Positions 1 to 8,716 of a stretch of DNA of 57,565 nt are shown piece after piece. Made by a program: the position numbers and the translations under genes. The stretch lies in the IMG/VR virus record IMGVR_UViG_3300025916_000008, positions 104,845 to 162,409 of that record. One strand, written 5' to 3'. The DNA is from a virus. Its lineage: Duplodnaviria > Heunggongvirae > Uroviricota > Caudoviricetes. The notes beneath the pieces are model-generated. The model worked only from the letters and a program-made list of their open reading frames with translations, was not told where the DNA came from and made no database searches. The first letter of the stretch is position 1; each line of letters begins with the position of its first letter.

Positions 1-3000
1 GGAGCGCGGCCCCTCGTCGCCCCAGGGATTGGTCGGCATCCCCTTGCGGATCATGCTGCCCGGCTGGAGTCTCTTGCTGCGGCTGCCGTGGTAGAACGGG
101 CCGCTGACCTCCTGCTCGGCATCTACGTAGCCGCCTTCAGGCCCCTGGCCGTACGTCTGGTGCCGCCAGGTGAACGACGGGACGCGCGGCCCTTCCGCTG
201 TAGGCAGCCCGGCCGCCGACAGGCGGGTAATGTCCCCGCCGGGCGCAGGCAGCTCGACAGGGCGGCTGGCGGCGGGGTCAGTGAGCACGCGGTTGAACCT
301 GTGCTCGCGGATCTGCCGGGCCATCGGGGAGTCCTGGGGCATCTGGACGCGGCCAGGCCCGGTGAACTGGTGCTCGTCACGGTGCCACTGGCTCACCAGG
401 TCACGCGCCCCGTCCCAGCCGATCACCGGGTGAGTGGGCGAGTCAGTGAAGTGGCTGAACAGGTCCCCGCCAGCGGCGCGGCTACGCTCGTACTCGGCGT
501 GGTTCATCTCAGCGGCCTCGCGGTCGACGCGGGCCTGCTCACCGCTCTGGTGCGCCGGGTAGGTCTCGCCGCAGTTCCTGCACCGGGCGACGCTGCTCGG
601 TACCGGGGTGCCTTCCGGGTCGCCGAGGGTGAACCGGAGGGCTTCTGCCCCCTTCTCGCCGAACGCCGGCTCACCGCAGTGCGGGCACGCCGCTTCCGGG
701 TGGAGCGTGTAGTTCGACTGCTCCTCGTTCTCCTCAGGCGGCGGTCCCACGGCCGCCGTGTGCTCCGGGTGCTCGCCGAAGTCGTGCCTGCGCCAGGCCG
801 ATTCAGGCTCGTCGTGGAACTTCCACGACACCCCGGACACGTGCACGGGAGTCCCCTCGCGCAGCGGGATCTCCTCGTCGTCGTGGTAGCCCATGCCGAA
901 CACGTTCTGGTCGGCGAGGGTTTCCGGGTCGGTCTCGATGTCCTCGCGGTCGGGCTTGCGGGCGTGCACCACCACGTTCATGTCGTGGTCTCCGGGAGTG
1001 CGGTAACCGCCCGTGCCGACGTCGGCGTAGTGCCGGGCCTGCTGCTCGTTGCCGGTCCAGTGGGTGCCGAAGTCGCCGAGGTGGTGGAGCACGGTCCTGG
1101 CGGCGGACTCCCCGGCGGGAACGCCCCGGAGCATGTGCATGTGGTGGCGGCCCTGCGAGCCGTCGTCGTCGATCCGCATGCCCCGGTGCACCGTCGCCGG
1201 GATGCGCGGGTACTCCTCGTCCCAGTCGGTGTGCGTAGTCTCGTGCCGTTCCGATTCCTCGGGGTCGTCGTGGAACGTGGCCTCTCCCTCGTGCGCGGTG
1301 CAGGCGTGGCAGAGGTAGCCGCCGTGCCCCGGGTGACGGTAGCGGCCCTCGTCGTCCTGGTTCCCGTACTCGGGGTGGTCCCAGGTCTGGACCGGCGGGA
1401 CATACGCTTCCTCGGTCTCCTGCCGGTGCCGGACGCGCTTCAGCGGGTCCTCCGGGTTATGGCGGCCGGAATCCAGGGTGTTCAGCGTAGGGTCGGGCTG
1501 CGCGTGGAACAGCTTCTGCTGGAAGCCGGGGCGGACGGGGGAGCCCGGCTCGGCGAAGTGGGCGACCACCGGGGGACGGCGGCCGTCCAGGTACCCGCCC
1601 GGGAACCTGTCGGCATGGTCCTCTACCCCGGGCAGCTCCTCCTGCCCGGCCTGCGGCATCCGGCGGCGCTGCATCTCCGCCTCGTCGCGTCCCATGCACG
1701 GGTGGCCGGCCGCGTGATGCTGGGTGATCTCCGCCTGGCCTGGGTGGAAGACGACCGCCGACAGGGCGTGATGCTCTCCGGGGTCCTCGGCGTGATCGGC
1801 CTCAAGCTCGTTGCCGTACAGGATGCCGTCATGCCCCTGGGCCTGGAGGCGCTCGCGGAACCGGCGGGCGATGCCGTCCTTGTCCGGGTGGCTGGCCAGC
1901 CACTGGGCGCGCTTGCGCTGCCCTGGGTGAGAGGCGGCGAACAGCCCCTGGATGGGCCGCTCGTCCTTGCCGATCAGCGGCTGCTTGTCGTCATGGCGGA
2001 AGCGGGCTGTCAGCGGCCACTCCTCGCCGTCGGAAGTGGTGTCCGGGTCGTAGTCCTCGCTGTGCGGGTCCTCGTCCTCGTAGCCTTCCCGGAAGTGGTT
2101 CGCGATCCAGTTGCCGGCCCTGGCCTCGTGCTCGTACGCCTCGTTGTCCATGTCGTGCTCGGAGCCGTAGACCTTGGGGTTATGCAGGTGCAGCCGGGCG
2201 TGGACGACCGACTGCGGCTCGGCCTCCCGGTACCGGGTCTCCGGCTCGGGGCCGTACTCGCTGTCGTCCTCGCCGCTGGATGCCCCCTGCTGTGCGAAGT
2301 GCTCCGCCACCCCGTGGTCGGCGGCGAAGTGAGCGCCGAGGAAGGTGTTCCAGTGCGACAGGTGCCCGCGCAGCTCCTCGTCCTCGTGGTCATGGTGCTC
2401 CGGGTAGCTGAACCCGTGCATGAAGTCCTCGGGGCGGCCGTGCGTCCCGTGGAACCACTCGCCGCCCCCGGTGTGCGGGTTGGGCAGGCCCGGCTCGTAC
2501 CGGGCGGCTACAGCGCTCACAGCGCCTCCTTTGACGCTGCCCTCAAGGGCGCGCAGGCCGCGCACGTACGGCTCCAGGTGGTCGTTCCCGCCGCGTGCGT
2601 AGTCGTCCCTCACCCACTGGTAGGAGCCGGTGCCGGCCGGGTCGTCGCGCATGTACCGCGCCGCGCCGTGCCACGGCTCGTGGACGGCCACGATCTGGCG
2701 CGGCGGGACGTCGCCGCGCATGATGACGTGATGGTAGCCGGAAGCCCAGTCCTGGACCTTGGCGTCGTCCCAGGTACGGTCCCTGTTCATCGCCTGCCAG
2801 GGCTCCTCGGCCTGCCCGGAGATCTCGCCCGGGTGGGCGTGGAACTCGACGACGGCGCGGCCCTCGGAGTGGTTGGCCAGGATGTCGTCGGGCCGCTTGG
2901 TGGAGGCCCACACGCCGGCCGACGGGTCGTCCAGGTTGCGGTCGCCGGCGTCGCCGCGTGCGTACTCGCGCAGCAGGCCGCGCTGGCGGATCGACGGGAC

Positions 3001-3750
3001 GTTCTCCAGCGGGGTGTAGTGCCACAGCCGGACGTGGCCCCGGGGGATGGGGGCGGTGCCGGGGTCCGGGGGAAGCTCTTCGCGGGGCTCCGCTGCGGAT
3101 GCGGTCACCCCGGGCTGGCCGCTCGCCCGCTCCGCGCGCAGCCGCTGGCGGCGCTCGGCGTTCTGCCTGTTGTACTCCGCGTTCATCTCCGGCGGCTCGT
3201 GGTCGCCGACGGCGGCATCGGACTTCCCGCCGCGCGGCCCCTTGCCCCGGTGGTTCTTCCCGCCGCTGAAGTGCACCAGGGCGCGCCTGACCGGCGGCCC
3301 GTGGTAGGACCACTCGTTGATGGAGTTGCCGTCGGTGCGGAGCTGGTCGGCGCGGGCCTCGAACCTGACCACCGGCCAGTCGTCTTCCGGGTTCGACTGG
3401 CGGCCATGGTCACGGGCGTACTCGGCCGAGGAGGACACCCAGTCACCGGGGCTGACGCTCCGGTGCGGCGACGGCAGCGAGCGGTACATCGTCACGCGGC
3501 GCGACGGCCAGTCCCTCGACCGCCTCACCTTGTCGTAGGAGTCCCAGGACCCGGGGCCGTCGTTGGCGATGTACCAGTCCGGGTGCTCGTGGATGTCGGC
3601 CGGGTAGGTTCCCTTCGTGCCGACCTCGTGCATCGCCTCGCCGCTGTCGGCGTCCGGCCCCTGGTGCTGCCCCCGGTAGCCGGCGTCCTCTGCGGCAGCC
3701 TCGAAGTGCCCCAGGAGGTCCCCGGGAACATCGCCGCCGCTCGCCGTCAT
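1..3750 (-). CDS. Giant (>1250 aa, runs off the window's left end) polyvalent protein with about five tandem ADP-ribosyltransferase-like domains
   Basis: ATG at 3750, read in the same register as the antisense shadow ORF 88..3759; no stop codon seen to position 1, so it is absent from the track. Manual translation gives MYRSLP..PGDWVSSSAEYA..GNSINEW; LWHYTPLENVPSIRQRGL; WFHGT..GAHF..GHDGILY..VVFHPGQ; VHRGM..GTHWT..EEIPL; PFYHGS..LQPG (Arr-like). Confidence 0.8.
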   Translation of the reverse strand, partial: MTASGGDVPGDLLGHFEAAAEDAGYRGQHQGPDADSGEAMHEVGTKGTYPADIHEHPDWYIANDGPGSWDSYDKVRRSRDWPSRRVTMYRSLPSPHRSVSPGDWVSSSAEYARDHGRQSNPEDDWPVVRFEARADQLRTDGNSINEWSYHGPPVRRALVHFSGGKNHRGKGPRGGKSDAAVGDHEPPEMNAEYNRQNAERRQRLRAERASGQPGVTASAAEPREELPPDPGTAPIPRGHVRLWHYTPLENVPSIRQRGLLREYARGDAGDRNLDDPSAGVWASTKRPDDILANHSEGRAVVEFHAHPGEISGQAEEPWQAMNRDRTWDDAKVQDWASGYHHVIMRGDVPPRQIVAVHEPWHGAARYMRDDPAGTGSYQWVRDDYARGGNDHLEPYVRGLRALEGSVKGGAVSAVAARYEPGLPNPHTGGGEWFHGTHGRPEDFMHGFSYPEHHDHEDEELRGHLSHWNTFLGAHFAADHGVAEHFAQQGASSGEDDSEYGPEPETRYREAEPQSVVHARLHLHNPKVYGSEHDMDNEAYEHEARAGNWIANHFREGYEDEDPHSEDYDPDTTSDGEEWPLTARFRHDDKQPLIGKDERPIQGLFAASHPGQRKRAQWLASHPDKDGIARRFRERLQAQGHDGILYGNELEADHAEDPGEHHALSAVVFHPGQAEITQHHAAGHPCMGRDEAEMQRRRMPQAGQEELPGVEDHADRFPGGYLDGRRPPVVAHFAEPGSPVRPGFQQKLFHAQPDPTLNTLDSGRHNPEDPLKRVRHRQETEEAYVPPVQTWDHPEYGNQDDEGRYRHPGHGGYLCHACTAHEGEATFHDDPEESERHETTHTDWDEEYPRIPATVHRGMRIDDDGSQGRHHMHMLRGVPAGESAARTVLHHLGDFGTHWTGNEQQARHYADVGTGGYRTPGDHDMNVVVHARKPDREDIETDPETLADQNVFGMGYHDDEEIPLREGTPVHVSGVSWKFHDEPESAWRRHDFGEHPEHTAAVGPPPEENEEQSNYTLHPEAACPHCGEPAFGEKGAEALRFTLGDPEGTPVPSSVARCRNCGETYPAHQSGEQARVDREAAEMNHAEYERSRAAGGDLFSHFTDSPTHPVIGWDGARDLVSQWHRDEHQFTGPGRVQMPQDSPMARQIREHRFNRVLTDPAASRPVELPAPGGDITRLSAAGLPTAEGPRVPSFTWRHQTYGQGPEGGYVDAEQEVSGPFYHGSRSKRLQPGSMIRKGMPTNPWGDEGPRS

Positions 3751-3761
3751 GACAGCTAGGT

Positions 3762-3779
3762 TATCAATAAACCCCGTAT
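3762..3779 (-). promoter_or_regulatory. Conserved motif ATACGG-N6-TTGATA running into extended -10 (TGaTAACCT); probable leaderless promoter of the ART gene
   Basis: TAACCT at 3763..3758, 7 nt before ATG 3750, with no SD; the motif recurs upstream of other operons. Confidence 0.6.
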
Positions 3780-3809
3780 TCGGGGTAGATGCACGGTCCT
3801 GGAACACGA

Positions 3810-3838
3810 GAGCCTCCCATGTCTTCCACGGGAGGCTC
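3810..3838 (-). terminator. Stem-loop terminator ending the terminase operon
   Basis: gagcctccc / gggaggctc 9-bp inverted repeat just downstream of the small ORF's stop at 3862. Confidence 0.55.
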
Positions 3839-3861
3839 CGGTGCTCGAATGGCAGGTTCCG

Positions 3862-4080
3862 CTAAGAGGCTAGCAGCACGCCCTCGTCGTGATGGCCGGC
3901 ATCGGCGGTGAATCCCTGGCACGGGGTGCCGTCGGGGCCTGCGTGGCAGCCCGCCGCCCGGCACGGGGTCCTGCCGTTGCTGTGCATGGTCAGGGGGTGA
4001 TTGCACGTGGCGCAGCCGGCGGCGGCGGTGCTCACCACGAACCCCCCGGTCTTCACCGGCCTGTCGTCGTTCCTGCTCAT
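3862..4080 (-). CDS. Small Cys/His-rich putative Zn-binding protein
   Basis: MSRNDD..CATCNHPLTMH..CRAAGC..C; SD AAGGGAG 6 nt before ATG 4080. Confidence 0.6.
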   Translation of the reverse strand: MSRNDDRPVKTGGFVVSTAAAGCATCNHPLTMHSNGRTPCRAAGCHAGPDGTPCQGFTADAGHHDEGVLLAS

Positions 4081-4125
4081 GGGCATCTCCCTTCTGTTCC
4101 AGGGTAAAGCGGAGACGATCTTGTG

Positions 4126-6249
4126 TCACGAGCGGTGCCTGCGCATCGATCCCATTCCCGCCCCGTAACGTCCCTGCTGCGCCAGCCGCCCCGTGCGGGG
4201 CATCATCCCGGGGCGCATGCCACGGGCCAGCGAGCCCCGCCCGGTGGCCGACCCCAGCTCGGAGGCCAGCGGGTTCATCGTGTCGGGGGAGAAGCGGTCG
4301 AGGGCGTCGTGGCCGCCCGGCTGGCTCATGTGCGGTCGCTGGTTGCGCAGGTCCTTCGCCAGGTAGGCCTTGAGCTGCTCGCCGAGCAGCCGGGCGGTGA
4401 CGATCGCCGCCGTGTCGGCGATGTCCTTGGTCTGCACCGGGCCGGACGACGGCGGCAGCACTTTCTGCACGCCCTCCGGCTTCTGGAGGAAGCGCAGCTC
4501 ATCCTTCAGCTCCGCGTGCGGCGGGCAGTGAACGAACCCCATGTTCAAGGCCGTCTTGAACGTCTCGTAAGTGGTCCAGTTGAGCGGGCCGGTGGCCGTC
4601 CTCTCGTACACCATGATGTTCTTCTGGAGGTGGGCGGCCCGGACCATCTTCTGGAGCGCCTGCACCGAGGCGATCGAGTTCCACTGGTCAAAGGTGAGTT
4701 CATCCGGCTGGAATTTCATCACCACGTTGTCGAAGATCCAGTCGCGGATCTCGTCGTAGTCCAGGATGTGGTCCTCGAAGTCGGCCGGGTCCCAGAAGTG
4801 CACCAGGTCGAAGACCACGTGGTTCAGCCCGTCCGGCCCCGGCTCGCAGTGCGCCACCGAGAACCCGAAGCGGCAGTTCACCGAGGCCGGGTCACCGTGC
4901 GCGGTGTAGTCCAGGTACAGCGGGCCGCGCCCCTGCATCGTCAGCTCCGGTCGGCCGTACTTCGGGTCGCGCTCCAGCCAGGGGGCGAACATCTCGTCGA
5001 TCTTCGCGGTGTTCAGGTAGGCGTCCAGGGCGGTCGCCCAGTCTGACCGGCGCTCCACTCGGAACGTGTCGGGGTTGGCCTTCTCCTCGCGGGCCATCTC
5101 CTCGTCGTACGCCTGGATCGCGCCCTTCAGCGCCTTCAGCAGCGGCAGGTTCTCCGGGTCGTACTCCCCCAGGTCCCCGGTGAAGCCGGGCGGGAACAGC
5201 GGCAGCAGGTGCGCCCGCTCCCAGTCCTCGTAAACCGCCCAGGACTCAAGCTGGACCATCAATTTGGTGGGGAACGCGGGCATTGTCTCGCCCGGCTCAG
5301 GGGCCGGCTCGCGGGTCAGCGACAGCTCCCACAAGTGATAGAACTCGCCGATCATCTCCCAGGTGCTGGAGGGCAGCACCACAAAGCCGTCGGTGCCGAA
5401 CTGGTCGAGCGACGGCTTGGCGGCCGAGTAGACCACCCCGAACTCCCTGGTCACGCCGGCGTTCTTGACGTGGGCAGCCTCATCGAAGCCCAGGATGCAG
5501 CCGGCCGGGCCACGGGGGGCCAGCGGCGTCGACTCGCGGGGGATGATCCGGAAGGTGGCCATGTCGCGGGAGGAGGCGATCCCCCTCGCGGCGAGCTTCC
5601 GCATCCGCACGAAGTCGTAGGGGGCGTAGACGGTCAGGCTCTCGGCCAGCGCCTCGCTGATGTACTCGGTGAAGCAGGGGGCGGTGGTGATCACCGAGTA
5701 CAGGTCGCCCCAGAGGTTCTCCTTGGCCTGCTCTTTCTTGCCCGCGAAGACGGCGCACGCGAGGGGCTTGTTCTCGTCGATGCCGTAGAACTCCTGGGGG
5801 TTCCCCTTGCTCATGTAGTTCCACAGCACGTAGGCCATGCACAGCGCGGCGATGTAGCCCTTCCCCGCGCGGCGGCCCAGGGCGATGATGAACTCGGGGA
5901 ACCACTTGTAGCCGCGCTTCTTCAGGTAGGCGATCCGCTCGTACAGGTCCGGCTGGATGCCCTTGGTCTGCGCCGAGAACTTGTTGTCCGCCGCGTCCGG
6001 GTTGGTGTCCCGGAACCGCTGCTGCCACTCGGCGATCACCTGCCGGTCGTAGGCGGTGAACAGGTCGTCGCGCAGGAAGACGACCTTGATCAGGGTCGCC
6101 TGGCGGGGGTACAGGTTCGGCTTGCCGAGCCAGTCCTCGCCGATGATGAACGTGATCGGGTCGGGGACCGGCGGCCCGTCGAACCAGGCGAGCACGTCCA
6201 GCGGCCCGGCCTGCTGGGTCTCAGGTGCCTGCCACCTGCTGATCGCCAT
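4126..6249 (-). CDS. terL: Terminase large subunit
   Basis: Walker A-like ALGRRAGKG, Walker B ILGFDEAAH, RNase H-like nuclease motifs AHGDPA, TFDQWNS, KDIADT; SD GGGAGG. Confidence 0.9.
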   Translation of the reverse strand: MAISRWQAPETQQAGPLDVLAWFDGPPVPDPITFIIGEDWLGKPNLYPRQATLIKVVFLRDDLFTAYDRQVIAEWQQRFRDTNPDAADNKFSAQTKGIQPDLYERIAYLKKRGYKWFPEFIIALGRRAGKGYIAALCMAYVLWNYMSKGNPQEFYGIDENKPLACAVFAGKKEQAKENLWGDLYSVITTAPCFTEYISEALAESLTVYAPYDFVRMRKLAARGIASSRDMATFRIIPRESTPLAPRGPAGCILGFDEAAHVKNAGVTREFGVVYSAAKPSLDQFGTDGFVVLPSSTWEMIGEFYHLWELSLTREPAPEPGETMPAFPTKLMVQLESWAVYEDWERAHLLPLFPPGFTGDLGEYDPENLPLLKALKGAIQAYDEEMAREEKANPDTFRVERRSDWATALDAYLNTAKIDEMFAPWLERDPKYGRPELTMQGRGPLYLDYTAHGDPASVNCRFGFSVAHCEPGPDGLNHVVFDLVHFWDPADFEDHILDYDEIRDWIFDNVVMKFQPDELTFDQWNSIASVQALQKMVRAAHLQKNIMVYERTATGPLNWTTYETFKTALNMGFVHCPPHAELKDELRFLQKPEGVQKVLPPSSGPVQTKDIADTAAIVTARLLGEQLKAYLAKDLRNQRPHMSQPGGHDALDRFSPDTMNPLASELGSATGRGSLARGMRPGMMPRTGRLAQQGRYGAGMGSMRRHRS

Positions 6250-6937
6250 CCGCGCCTCCCGTTACTTCCGGGGACGGCGGGTGAGGCTCGTCGCACGGCA
6301 CCATGACGCCGTGCCAGGAGACGCGGCCGTCCCCGGTGAAGTGGAAGCGGACGCTGGAGGCAGCCTCGATCTTCCCCCTGGCCTCCGCCGGGACGCGGGG
6401 ATCGGCCAGGTGGACGGTGTAGAACTTGGCGAACAGCCTGCTCCTGGGCCTGAAGGCGTACCAGCCGGAGTAGCCCTCGCCGCGCGGCCCCATCCCGTCG
6501 GACTCCAGGATCTTCTTCTGCTCGCGGGTCAGGTCGGCCGCCGCGACGTACTCCAGCGCGCCGTCCGGCCGCTGCTCCCCGGTGAAGTGCGAGAAGCAGT
6601 GCAGCAGGCCCGGGTCGCGGGGCAGCAGGTTCTCAACGTAGAACTTGTGCGGCCACCCGTACTTGCGGTCGGCCCACGAGGCGTAGGGGCCGCCGGGATC
6701 GTAGGGGTGCTCGGGCTCGGCGTGCAGCCGGAAGTGCGCCTCCCACCCGGTGGCGTCGCAGCCGAGGCACTTGCCCTGGGGGACGATCTCGGCGGCCAGG
6801 TCCTCCGGGTGAATCGAGCCGCAGTACGAGCAGGTGCGGAAGTGGTCGCCCCGGCGGGGCTTGCGCCACTCCCAGCCGCCCCACCGGCCGGCGTCGCCCC
6901 CGTGAACCGGGTCCTCAGTGGGAGTGCCCGTGGCCAT
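6221..6937 (-). CDS. Hypothetical phage protein (CSYCGS motif)
   Basis: Co-oriented with its neighbours, GC3-rich codons, SD GGAGGGG. Confidence 0.65.
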   Translation of the reverse strand: MATGTPTEDPVHGGDAGRWGGWEWRKPRRGDHFRTCSYCGSIHPEDLAAEIVPQGKCLGCDATGWEAHFRLHAEPEHPYDPGGPYASWADRKYGWPHKFYVENLLPRDPGLLHCFSHFTGEQRPDGALEYVAAADLTREQKKILESDGMGPRGEGYSGWYAFRPRSRLFAKFYTVHLADPRVPAEARGKIEAASSVRFHFTGDGRVSWHGVMVPCDEPHPPSPEVTGGADGDQQVAGT

Positions 6938-7310
6938 GGCCGGAGTTCCCCTCCATGAAGCGGCGGACCGTCTCGCGGTCCGTCTTGATCACGCCGGCGT
7001 CTTCCTCCGGCAGCCCGAGGACGTTGCTGGTGACCTCGTGGACCTGCCGGTCCTTGTCGAAGACGTGCTTGCCGTCGGTGCGGCCGGTGACGGTGACCTC
7101 GGGCATCGCGCCCTCCTGCGGCTGGCCGCCGACCGAGAATCCGTACCAGCTCACCTCGACGGTGAAGCCGATCCCGGCGAACCGCTCGCGGATCTCGCGC
7201 TCGAAGTCGATGTAGTTGTGCCGGCCGTACCGCGCCTTGTCGTTCAGCTTCAACTGGAGCTGGAGGATCTCCTCGACCTCGTGGTCGTACAGGTCCAGCA
7301 CGTCAGACAT
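6915..7310 (-). CDS. Hypothetical phage protein
   Basis: SD GGAGG before ATG; overlaps both neighbours in the operon. Confidence 0.7.
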   Translation of the reverse strand: MSDVLDLYDHEVEEILQLQLKLNDKARYGRHNYIDFEREIRERFAGIGFTVEVSWYGFSVGGQPQEGAMPEVTVTGRTDGKHVFDKDRQVHEVTSNVLGLPEEDAGVIKTDRETVRRFMEGNSGHGHGHSH

Positions 7311-7944
7311 TCGTTCCTCCGGGCAGCGCTCGCTCGTTCGTGAGCACCGCCCTGATCTCAGCGGAAGAGTAGGCGTCGCCGACGAACTGCTTCCACTGGG
7401 CCGGGGTGAGGTACCCGCGCACCAGCTCGAAGAAGGCCATGAATGCGCCCTGCCAGGCAGAGGCCTCCACCCCTTCGCCGTCGCGGCTGCGGGCGATCTG
7501 CTCCTGGAGGCGGACGGCGGCCACCATGTCCGACGGCCGCACGTCCGTCATCCCCGACAGGAGCTGGGTGGTTCCCTGGCGGATGATCGCCGACAGGGCG
7601 TCCTCCCCCGTCGCCGAGTCGCTGGCGGCGTCAGCGCCGCGCGCCTGCGCCGCCTCCTCGAACGCCAGGCGCGCCTTCAGGTGCGGGGGGATCAGGTGGC
7701 CGTGGTCGACGTGGTACCGCAGGATCGTCATGTTGGGGCAGGCCGGCTTGCGGGAGGCGAAGAACTTCTGCACCGACTTGTAGCTCCAGCCCTCGGCCAG
7801 CGCCTGGTCGATCTGGTCGCCGTACGGGCTGCGGCACGCGCCGCAGGAGTCCTCGTAGGGCTTCTCCCAGGTCGCCTCGTCGGTGACGACGACCTTGACC
7901 CGGGGCCGCCCGTTACTCCCCGTCCCCGTCACCGCCGTCGTCAC
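7303..7944 (-). CDS. HTH-type protein, candidate terminase small subunit
   Basis: CGACRSPYGDQIDQALAEGWSYKSV..LRYHVDHGH pattern followed by helical segments; lies upstream of terL. Confidence 0.45.
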   Translation of the reverse strand: MTTAVTGTGSNGRPRVKVVVTDEATWEKPYEDSCGACRSPYGDQIDQALAEGWSYKSVQKFFASRKPACPNMTILRYHVDHGHLIPPHLKARLAFEEAAQARGADAASDSATGEDALSAIIRQGTTQLLSGMTDVRPSDMVAAVRLQEQIARSRDGEGVEASAWQGAFMAFFELVRGYLTPAQWKQFVGDAYSSAEIRAVLTNERALPGGTNV

Positions 7945-8266
7945 CGCTCACGAAGGTGTCCAGGCCGTCCTGCGCCCGCCTGACCGGGTAGTGCCCGTCA
8001 CGCGAGTTCAGGTGCGGGTACTTGCTGTTCCACGTCCGCCCGAACACGCCCCGGCGGACGGCTGGGTCAGCGGTGCCGGTTCCGGTGTAGACCTCGTGGT
8101 CGTAGCGGTCCTGCTGCTTCCAGGGGGTGAGGATGTCGCTCTTGGCCTCCCGGCTGGTGACGCCCTTCAGGGACGCCCACAGCAGCGCGTCGGCGGCGTC
8201 CTCCAGCTCGCGGCAGGTTCCGTGGCGCAGCCGCATCGGCCGCCGCTCCGGGTCCACGGCAGTCAC
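7913..8266 (-). CDS. Hypothetical phage protein
   Basis: SD GGAGGAGG before GTG; GTGA overlap with the upstream gene. Confidence 0.65.
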   Translation of the reverse strand: MTAVDPERRPMRLRHGTCRELEDAADALLWASLKGVTSREAKSDILTPWKQQDRYDHEVYTGTGTADPAVRRGVFGRTWNSKYPHLNSRDGHYPVRRAQDGLDTFVSGDDGGDGDGE

Positions 8267-8673
8267 GCTGCCACCTCCTCCGTCCAGGTGCCGCCCGGCC
8301 AGGCGGCGGCCAGGGTCCTCGCCCCCTGGCTGGCGTAGGAGGACACCGGGGCGCTCTCCTGGAGGCCCATCAGCAGCGCGGCCTCCCGCTCCGTCATGTC
8401 CTGGTAAAAGACCAGTTCTACTGCTTTCGCCCGCTGCGGGGTGAGGAGGACCTTCCTCTGCTCGAAAAGGTCCATGAGGTCAAATATGCAATAGAGATCG
8501 CCGTCCGGGCCTGTCAGTGTGTCTATTCCCTCACTAACATAGAGAGAGTAGAAAAACTGCAAGTTACGTAGCAATCTGATAAGCAGCTTAGGGTCTATCT
8601 CGCACCCCCTGCCTGGGCAAACGCCACTACTGGCACATGAATTACAGGGCTCACAAGCGCGATGATAAAGCAC
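8263..8673 (-). CDS. Sigma-70 region-4-like HTH protein (phage sigma/transcription factor); true start uncertain, possibly ATA 8598
   Basis: LTPQRAKAVELVFYQDMTEREAALLMGL..VSSYASQG matches the sigma region 4 pattern. Confidence 0.7.
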   Translation of the reverse strand: MLYHRACEPCNSCASSGVCPGRGCEIDPKLLIRLLRNLQFFYSLYVSEGIDTLTGPDGDLYCIFDLMDLFEQRKVLLTPQRAKAVELVFYQDMTEREAALLMGLQESAPVSSYASQGARTLAAAWPGGTWTEEVAA

Positions 8674-8716
8674 GGAAGGGGGAGCATAACAAGATGCTCC
8701 CCCTTCGTTTTCCTGC

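Noticed and set aside
88-3759. 1223-aa plus-strand ORF
   Set aside because: Same-register antisense shadow of the real minus-strand ART polyprotein; V/L/R-rich composition with no motifs.
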